From a virus, in the IMG/VR virus record IMGVR_UViG_3300025886_000012: a DNA stretch of 64,000 nucleotides; one strand, given 5' to 3'. The notes under the pieces are model-generated. The model searched no databases. It was not told where the DNA came from and saw only the letters and a program-made list of their open reading frames with translations. The position numbers and the translations under genes were made by a program. Of the stretch, positions 56,994 through 64,000 are shown one piece after another (the stretch's first letter is position 1; each line of letters opens with the position of its first letter).

Positions 56994-57455
56994 ATGGGAA
57001 GACCACTTAATAAAAGATTGTTTGGAGTAGCAGGCACAGGACCTACAGCTTCGGGAACAGAAATCAAAGTAAATTTTCATAACGGAACAGCAGTTAAAGA
57101 GGGCTATATTGTAAAACAAAAAGGTTCTAAGAAATTTGTTTGTGAAGAAATTGGAACAGCAGGCTTATTTACTTGCACACTAAAAACTGGTGTACTACCA
57201 GCGGCATTATCAGCAGGCGAAATGTCAATTTCAGTACAAGGCGCTGATTCAGAAACATACGGTGTTGCAAAAATTACAGGCAGAAAAGTTACTGTTGCTT
57301 CACCAAGTGCAACTGGTTCAAATGCATTAGCAGGAACATCGATAAAATATGCACTTACAGGATCAGCAGCAGCTGGCATTGTACGTATGGAAGAAGCTGG
57401 CGATGACAACACATTATCTGATACAGATGATGATGATTTCACTGAAGACGCATAA
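56994..57455 (+). CDS. Late protein, possible capsid decoration protein
   Basis: G/A/T-rich 153 aa, strong SD AGGAG, follows capsid gene. Confidence 0.5.
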   Translation: MGRPLNKRLFGVAGTGPTASGTEIKVNFHNGTAVKEGYIVKQKGSKKFVCEEIGTAGLFTCTLKTGVLPAALSAGEMSISVQGADSETYGVAKITGRKVTVASPSATGSNALAGTSIKYALTGSAAAGIVRMEEAGDDNTLSDTDDDDFTEDA

Positions 57456-57520
57456 TAATTAATTTTAGTATTAGTTAGGACAGTTTTAAGGATTGTCCTA
57501 ACACAACTATTGGAGGAACT

Positions 57521-57781
57521 ATGGCAGTATCTAAAGTACAACACTACGATGTAGATTTATACAAAATAAAAGTGAAAAGTAACGGATTGATTGATATTGA
57601 TGCTGGCACTATTGAACTTGGCGGCTATGTAAAAATAACAGGTCAAAATACTTTTACATTATCAAATTGTACAACCACACAACGTGACGCACTTACTCCG
57701 GCAAATGGTAGTACTATATACAATACCACTACAAATAAATTCCAGGGCTATGCAAACGGCGCATGGGTAGATTTGCATTAA
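57521..57781 (+). CDS. Hypothetical virion-type protein
   Basis: SD GGAGG; C-terminal GSTIYNTTTNKFQGYANGAW motif common in fibre-like proteins. Confidence 0.6.
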   Translation: MAVSKVQHYDVDLYKIKVKSNGLIDIDAGTIELGGYVKITGQNTFTLSNCTTTQRDALTPANGSTIYNTTTNKFQGYANGAWVDLH

Positions 57782-58212
57782 ACAACTAACTCAATTAGTT
57801 TAAACACAGTTTCTAATTTTTTTTGATTTATTTTAGATCTTAATGTATTTGATAATCCTTGATGCAACGGCTTTGGCCAATTTCCAAAACTTACCCATGC
57901 ATATCCGTTGTGTTCTTTATTTAAATATGGAATAAATTCTTTGTCTATTACACACAAATAAGTATGAAATTTAAAATTTTCATCATTGCTGATAAAAGTT
58001 TCTAGTGGAATAGTTTTTTTAATATCTGGAAGATTACCTAATTCTTCCTGAATTTCTCGTTGTAAACCTTCCCATGCTGTTTCGTTATCTTCGTTTCTTC
58101 CGCCAGGTAATCCCCACACATTTTTTTGTCGTGATTGCGCTCGATGTAAAAATAAAAATCTATTAGTTGATAGTGTGTAAATTAATGACCCGGAACAAAT
58201 TATACTAGACAT
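57778..58212 (-). CDS. NUDIX hydrolase
   Basis: Nudix box GGRNEDNETAWEGLQREIQEELG. Confidence 0.85.
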   Translation of the reverse strand: MSSIICSGSLIYTLSTNRFLFLHRAQSRQKNVWGLPGGRNEDNETAWEGLQREIQEELGNLPDIKKTIPLETFISNDENFKFHTYLCVIDKEFIPYLNKEHNGYAWVSFGNWPKPLHQGLSNTLRSKINQKKLETVFKLIELVV

Positions 58213-58220
58213 ACATTAAT

Positions 58221-59708
58221 TTAGCCATCCAAGTATGCCATCCAGTTTCCTCCTGAATAGAATCCTTCCCAACTTTTAGTCCAAATTTTTCCATTCCATT
58301 TATATTGAATATTAGTATTTAAATTCTTTATATAAGTTATATTTGAAGTACTCGATGCATTAAATATAATATCCCAACTGGTTCCATTCCATTCAATAAT
58401 ATCATTCTCGCCGGCAATTACATCAGTACCGTTATTATTTTTCCATGCATCAGGGCCGTCATATGCTGCATCATTAGCATTTGTACTATTATTAATAGCA
58501 GATAATATAAGCACACGTAATCCTGATACTTTATATGTTGAGGGATTCCATCTTTCGGGTTCAATAATATAATCAATACTGGTTAAACTATTTGAATCAC
58601 GATATGAACTATTAATAATAGTATTTGCTGGCAGTGTATCGCTATCCCATACTATTGAAACTTCTCTATCATTTAATGGATTTAAAGTAAATGTTCCAAT
58701 AAGATAGTTAGTAGTATCTAGTTGTCTTACACGAATTTGACTAACTCCGGCTTTGTATTGACCTGGATAACTTTGAAGTATCATTTCCCAACTTTCGTTA
58801 CCAACTATATCGTTAACAACTAATTCACCTTTAGTACCAGTTACATACAATCCATAATTTTGATATGTAGTTGATATTGTTGAACGATCAACATCTGACA
58901 AATCAATATTAAGTTCAGATTCAATATTAACTTCGCCAGTTGATGATTCAATCTTAGTTGTAACTTGCTCTACTGGATGTTTAACGTCTTGATAAGATTG
59001 TAATATTGGAGTACTAATTCCAAGTTCAATCTCTCCTGAATCTTCGTTGTATATACTAGCAATAACTTTTGTAATTACTCCAAGACGTTTTACTTTTGCA
59101 GGAGGAGACAAATAGATAGGAGTTGTTAATGTTAGTGTAGCTATATCAATTTCGGTATCTATACCAACAGGAACATTTCTGCTGCTGAAAACAATTGTTT
59201 CTAGATTTACACTAGTTAAACTAGTCCAATCAATATAATTATCAGTTGATTGTATTTCTAAAGAAGGATTAAACAAAGTTAAAATTTGTTCTAAAATTTG
59301 TAATTTTTGATCAGTACTTGTTGACCATATATCAACATTTAACCCAAGTATATACGGAGTTGGCATTAATCTTTCAACTGTATAATTTTTACCTTGTTCA
59401 TTTAGATATTCAGTACCATCAGCATTTAATGCTCTTTCTCGTACATGAACTTTACTTACATATGTTGAATCAGATGTTTTAGATCTATCTTGTTGTAAAT
59501 TAGTAATATGTATAGCAATTCTTGGAGCACTTGGAATTTTGTTTTCTGAATTATCTTTTATAATATTTGCTACTTGGCGTGATAAATCACCATAAGTAAC
59601 TGGTACTTCACGTAAATCTCCGTCGCCATCTTGATAGCTAAAATTACTCATTAACCGAATAGACTGTGTTAAATATCTTCTTATTTGACCATCATAAAAA
59701 TGTAACAT
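58221..59708 (-). CDS. gp15: Tail sheath stabiliser / terminator, gp15-like, with C-terminal extension
   Basis: HFYDGQIRRY, VPVTYG, MPTPYIL..NVDIW, KLQILEQILTLFNP. Confidence 0.75.
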   Translation of the reverse strand: MLHFYDGQIRRYLTQSIRLMSNFSYQDGDGDLREVPVTYGDLSRQVANIIKDNSENKIPSAPRIAIHITNLQQDRSKTSDSTYVSKVHVRERALNADGTEYLNEQGKNYTVERLMPTPYILGLNVDIWSTSTDQKLQILEQILTLFNPSLEIQSTDNYIDWTSLTSVNLETIVFSSRNVPVGIDTEIDIATLTLTTPIYLSPPAKVKRLGVITKVIASIYNEDSGEIELGISTPILQSYQDVKHPVEQVTTKIESSTGEVNIESELNIDLSDVDRSTISTTYQNYGLYVTGTKGELVVNDIVGNESWEMILQSYPGQYKAGVSQIRVRQLDTTNYLIGTFTLNPLNDREVSIVWDSDTLPANTIINSSYRDSNSLTSIDYIIEPERWNPSTYKVSGLRVLILSAINNSTNANDAAYDGPDAWKNNNGTDVIAGENDIIEWNGTSWDIIFNASSTSNITYIKNLNTNIQYKWNGKIWTKSWEGFYSGGNWMAYLDG

Positions 59709-60841
59709 TAGTTATCTGCCCTTGGTGATAGTGCTTTCGACAAGCTCTGACGTTCTGTTACAGTAGTACCGCCTATTGTTGAAGTTTTAGTATTATTAAT
59801 AAACGATGTACGTTGTGTATCTCTAGAATTAGTATTAGTTAGAGTTTGTCTTACGTTGTCTTCCATTTTAATCCATCTTGTTCCGTTAAATCTAAATAGT
59901 CTATTAGGAAAGAAATCAGTTCTTAAAAAATAGTCTCCATTCTGACTGCTTACAGGAAATCCTATTCCGCTACCAAATACTTCTCCATTTGGTGGCAATC
60001 CGTCTCCAACTAGATAGCCCGAATACCCTGATCTTTCAGGAGGTGCATTTGCTCTATCAATTGCTGAATCGGCACCAGTTGAAACTAATTCGGGTTTACC
60101 ATCATTATCTACTTGGAGTGTATAAAAATAACTAGTATCATATCCGCTTTTTGGAGCATCAACTTCGGCTTGAGCAACAACAGCATCATTGATTGCTTTT
60201 TCTTGATTATAAGTACTTAGAACATCTCTTAGGGTATTTCCTTCATCATCTTCTGCAGATTTGTCAAGTATATCTTTATACTGTTGACTATCAATAATCT
60301 GTGTTAATTTTAATCTATATAAATGAGGGAACCATGTTTGTGAAAATCCTTCTGACGACCTTGATACTTCTTCAATTACATAAAATCTTTTCAGTGAAAC
60401 ACTAAAATCATTTAGTGCATGTTCATCAACAAGATGCGGCAGTTCAATTACATCGCCACTGATCAATTTACGCCCAATTGTTTTTACACTACTATTAATG
60501 TGTACAGTTAGATATAAAGTATCACTACTTAAAAACAATCCAAACTGACTTAAATTAAAGTCATTATCTTGAATATTATATATTCCACGGATTTCATATA
60601 TATCAGGATCGTATTTTCGATCTCTGTTTTCAAGAAACAACATATCTTGAATATTTGTTTCAGCAACTTCATTATATCTTGGCTTATCTGCTGTTGACTC
60701 GACAACTGATGGATTGTCAGGACCTAAAAACTTATGGACAAATACATCAGTGCCACCAATTGAAAATTGTTCATAGATAACTTTATCTAAGAATTCATAA
60801 TCGGCAGTTTTATTTGGTCGGTATAAACTTAATCTTGGCAT
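59708..60841 (-). CDS. gp14: Neck protein, gp14-like
   Basis: ATG 60841 (MPRLSLYRPNK); IGGTDVFVH, LSQFGLF, GDVIELPHL, YRLK. Track start at 60886 overlaps the divergent gene. Confidence 0.7.
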   Translation of the reverse strand: MPRLSLYRPNKTADYEFLDKVIYEQFSIGGTDVFVHKFLGPDNPSVVESTADKPRYNEVAETNIQDMLFLENRDRKYDPDIYEIRGIYNIQDNDFNLSQFGLFLSSDTLYLTVHINSSVKTIGRKLISGDVIELPHLVDEHALNDFSVSLKRFYVIEEVSRSSEGFSQTWFPHLYRLKLTQIIDSQQYKDILDKSAEDDEGNTLRDVLSTYNQEKAINDAVVAQAEVDAPKSGYDTSYFYTLQVDNDGKPELVSTGADSAIDRANAPPERSGYSGYLVGDGLPPNGEVFGSGIGFPVSSQNGDYFLRTDFFPNRLFRFNGTRWIKMEDNVRQTLTNTNSRDTQRTSFINNTKTSTIGGTTVTERQSLSKALSPRADN

Positions 60842-60846
60842 ACTTA

Positions 60847-60867
60847 TATTTATCGTTACGCTAAATA
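60847..60867. promoter_or_regulatory. Back-to-back late promoters
   Basis: ATAAATA (-, 60847-60853) and CTAAATA (+, 60861-60867). Confidence 0.6.
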
Positions 60868-60884
60868 CTAGCGGAGACTTAAAC

Positions 60885-61643
60885 ATGGCAGACTTACAAA
60901 CTGAAAAACAAGAAGTTTTTGATTATATTCATGCATTCCTTGGCGGAGGTATGATCGATGTAGAACTTGATCCTATACATTATGAAACTGCATTATCAAA
61001 AGCTTTATCAAAATTTAGACAAAAATCTGAAAATTCAGTTGAAGAGAGTTATATTACTCTTGATTTAGTTAAAGATCAAAATCATTATACTTTGCCCACT
61101 GAAGTAATTGAAGTTAGACAAATTTACAGACGCAGTGTTGGTAGTCGAAGCGGTGGCGGCGATGGCGGAACATTATATGATCCATTTAATTTAGCATATA
61201 CTAATACATATTTACTATCAGGATCTGGTATGGGAGGATTAGCAACTTACGAATTGTATTCTCAGCACCAAGAACTTGTAGCTAGAATGTTTGGTGCATT
61301 TATTGAGTTTACTTGGAATAGTGCAACAAAAAAATTAACAGTTTTGCAACGTCCAGGATCAGAAGAATCGGTATTGTTATTTTGTTATAATTATAGACCT
61401 GATACGCAAATACTAGCTGATTATCTAGCAAAGCAATGGATTAAAGATTATACACTCGCAGCTTGTAAATATATGCTAGGCGAAGCACGAGAAAAATTTT
61501 CCACCATTGCAGGTCCACAAGGCGGAACTGCACTTAATGGTGCTAGTTTAAAGGCAGAAGCCCAGCAAGAAATGGAAAAACTTGAAATTGAAGTTTCAAC
61601 TGCTGTAGCAGGCGGAACTGGATATTCCTTCCTAATTGGCTGA
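60885..61643 (+). CDS. gp13: Neck protein, gp13-like
   Basis: LGGGMIDVELD, WIKDYTLA..KYMLGEAREKF, GPQGG..LNG..LKAEA. Confidence 0.8.
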   Translation: MADLQTEKQEVFDYIHAFLGGGMIDVELDPIHYETALSKALSKFRQKSENSVEESYITLDLVKDQNHYTLPTEVIEVRQIYRRSVGSRSGGGDGGTLYDPFNLAYTNTYLLSGSGMGGLATYELYSQHQELVARMFGAFIEFTWNSATKKLTVLQRPGSEESVLLFCYNYRPDTQILADYLAKQWIKDYTLAACKYMLGEAREKFSTIAGPQGGTALNGASLKAEAQQEMEKLEIEVSTAVAGGTGYSFLIG

Positions 61644-61691
61644 ATTAACTATGTAGTTAACGGTAAAATCCGGTAGTTTTTAGCATGTATG

Positions 61692-61698
61692 CTAAATA
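61692..61698 (+). promoter_or_regulatory. Late promoter variant CTAAATA for sheath operon
   Basis: Overlaps right arm of inverted repeat TTTAGCAT-GT-ATGCTAAA (61679-61696). Confidence 0.5.
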
Positions 61699-61738
61699 CT
61701 ATTAACAAAATATTACCATCAGACAAGGGGAACTAAAA

Positions 61739-64000
61739 ATGGCATTAACATCACCAGGTGTATCAGTATCAGTAAGCGACGAGAGTTTTTATACTCCAGC
61801 TGAACCTGGTACTACACCACTTATATTTGTAGCTACAAAAGAAAATAAACAAAATCCTGGAGCAACAGGTACAGCTTTAGGAACATTAGCTTCCAATGCA
61901 GGAAAGCCTTATTTAATCAGCTCACAAAGAGAGCTGTCTGAAACATTTGGCGACCCTTTATTTTATAAAGATGCTAGTAACAATATGTTACATGGTAGCG
62001 AACAAAACGAATACGGATTACAAGCTGCATATTCATTTTTAGGTGTAGCTAATAGAGCATTTGTAGTTCGTGCAAATCTTGATTTAGCTGATATTAGCGC
62101 AAGTGCAACTGCAACTGCTGGGAAAGCAGCTAATGCATCATATTGGTTTGATACAGATGATACAAAATTTGGTATATTTGAATGGAACGGTGCATCCGGG
62201 ACAGTAACCGGCGGTCAAAGTTTTACAAATAAAGTTCCAACTGTTATTACTGACACTACTAAAGTAGTTGATTATGCAGGTGCTGATTATACACCAAAAG
62301 GTAGTGTAGGCGCAATTGGCGACTATGCTGTAGTTGCAGTTACTAATATTAACAGAATGTGGTATAAAAATTCTGTTGGAGCATGGGTTGAAATTGGAAG
62401 TTCTGCATGGAAAGCTAGTCATCCAATGGTAACAGGTACTGTATCTACACCAACTATTGTTGCTGGGCAAACATTATCTTTTAATATTAGTCTTGTTGAT
62501 AGTGGCGGAACACAAATAAGCCAAGTTACTTCGGGTACTACACTAACTAGTATTGTAGGTGATATTAATGGTAATAGTACACTACAAACTGCAGGTATTA
62601 CTGCTAAAGCAATAAGTAATCGCCTAGCAATTTATTACAATGGATCAACTGCACAAGGCGGAGTAGCAGTTGATAGAGTAGAAATATACGGAGATGTTGC
62701 ACTTACTACAGCATTAGGAATAACTCAAGGTGATTATTATTCTCCAGAATTAAATATTGCACCTCATACTAATGTTCCTGAATTTAAAGCAATTAATCCA
62801 AATCCAAGACCAACTGGTAGTATATGGATTAAAACTACTAATCCAAATAAAGGCGCAAACTGGTCAGTAAAACAATATAATTCAACTAGTGATGTGTGGA
62901 CTACAATTGATGCACCAATATATAATACTAATTATGCAGCAATTTATTCTCTTGATAGTACAGGTGGCGGCGCAAATATTTCTGAAGGCGCATTATATAT
63001 TCAAAATAATCTTACAGAAATAGCAGAAAAACTAGCTACATTTAAAGTATATAGAAAAAATAATTCAGGTGCAACTACAATAACAAGTGGCAAAGTTTTA
63101 GCTAGCACATATTCAGCAGGTACTTATTCATTCACAGTTTCAGAATCAAAAACTGGTATAGCTACTATGAGTACACCAGTAACTGTTTCATTTACAGCAA
63201 CCGGTGCAACATCTGATGCTGAACTAATTGCAAATGCAATTAACTCAGCAGGATTTACTAATATTACTGCTACGATCGATTCTGTAAATAGAATTACTGT
63301 TTCACATGCATTAGGCGGCGACATTAGATTTGTTGATACAGCAGGTGCTTTAGCATCTTTGTTTACAATATATGATTCAACTAATGCAAGTTCAACTACT
63401 AACTTTTATTTTGTTCCTGGAACAAACACATCTACATCGCCAAAACAGTTTATGGCAAGCTCGTGGAAAGTGTTAACATATACAGCCAAAGCAACTGAGC
63501 CAACTACTATCCCAGCAACTGGTACACTTTGGTATAGCTCAATTGTTGACGAAGTAGATCTATTAATACATAACGGAACTACTTGGGTCGGATTGCATAA
63601 TTTTGATCCATTAGGAGGAAGTGCAACTGGCGCTAGTAGTGTACTTGACCCAGCTGGTCCAATAGTGTCAGCGTCACAGCCAACTACACAATCAGATAAG
63701 TCGGCATTAGTTGAAGGCGATATATGGATTAGCACAGCTGATCTTGAAAATTATCCAACTATGTATCGTTGGAATGCATCATCAGCAAAGTGGGCCATTC
63801 TAGATAAAACTGATCAAACTACAGAAAATGGTATATTATTTGATGATGTACGTTATAATACCTCAGGAGCAAATAGTGCTACAGCAGGGACAATAGTTGA
63901 CTTATTAACTAGCAACTATTTAGATCCTGATTCCCCAGATCCAGCACTATATCCAAAAGGTATGATACTATGGAATACACGCAGAAGTGGGTTTAATGTA
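61739..64000 (+). CDS. gp18: Tail sheath protein, 3' end outside window
   Basis: Not in track. ATG 61739, SD AAGGGG; MALTSPGVSVSVSDES, SQRELSETFGDP, NEYGLQAAYSFLG..AFVVRA. Confidence 0.85.
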   Translation, partial: MALTSPGVSVSVSDESFYTPAEPGTTPLIFVATKENKQNPGATGTALGTLASNAGKPYLISSQRELSETFGDPLFYKDASNNMLHGSEQNEYGLQAAYSFLGVANRAFVVRANLDLADISASATATAGKAANASYWFDTDDTKFGIFEWNGASGTVTGGQSFTNKVPTVITDTTKVVDYAGADYTPKGSVGAIGDYAVVAVTNINRMWYKNSVGAWVEIGSSAWKASHPMVTGTVSTPTIVAGQTLSFNISLVDSGGTQISQVTSGTTLTSIVGDINGNSTLQTAGITAKAISNRLAIYYNGSTAQGGVAVDRVEIYGDVALTTALGITQGDYYSPELNIAPHTNVPEFKAINPNPRPTGSIWIKTTNPNKGANWSVKQYNSTSDVWTTIDAPIYNTNYAAIYSLDSTGGGANISEGALYIQNNLTEIAEKLATFKVYRKNNSGATTITSGKVLASTYSAGTYSFTVSESKTGIATMSTPVTVSFTATGATSDAELIANAINSAGFTNITATIDSVNRITVSHALGGDIRFVDTAGALASLFTIYDSTNASSTTNFYFVPGTNTSTSPKQFMASSWKVLTYTAKATEPTTIPATGTLWYSSIVDEVDLLIHNGTTWVGLHNFDPLGGSATGASSVLDPAGPIVSASQPTTQSDKSALVEGDIWISTADLENYPTMYRWNASSAKWAILDKTDQTTENGILFDDVRYNTSGANSATAGTIVDLLTSNYLDPDSPDPALYPKGMILWNTRRSGFNV

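Noticed and set aside
57474-57502. 11-bp hairpin sharing ATTGTCCTAA with 42959-42968
   Set aside because: Probably an mRNA stability or processing hairpin; a 10-nt match is within chance for this composition.
1-64000. Stop-codon reassignment as found in some large phages
   Set aside because: Long genes are intact in the standard code and TAG, TGA and TAA all end coupled genes normally.

Overview
AT-rich segment of a large T4-like (myovirus) phage genome; no cellular housekeeping genes, tRNAs, rRNAs or CRISPR arrays seen. Left arm (minus strand): glycosyltransferase-like operon, paralogous tail-fibre/virion genes, a 4536-aa baseplate protein, and gp6-, gp25-, gp5-, hub- and gp53-like genes plus a lysozyme. 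Centre: late sigma factor (gp55-like), gp47/gp46 nuclease, a minimal GIY-YIG nuclease followed by a highly structured ~400-nt non-coding element, and an ExbB/ExbD-like + SbmA membrane cassette. Right arm: gp26-like tail chaperone with an apparent programmed -1 frameshift, tape-measure-like gene, portal, scaffold, protease, major capsid protein, a sigma70-driven candidate small RNA, neck genes and the start of the tail sheath. Two ORFs running off the window ends (GT-like at <1..1295; sheath at 61739..>64000) and the -1-frame ORF (46489..46719) are missing from the supplied track. All family assignments come from motif recognition by eye, not database searches. Best leads: the GIY-YIG + structured RNA pair, the frameshifted chaperone, the ExbBD/SbmA cassette, the post-capsid sRNA, and possible virion glycosylation.
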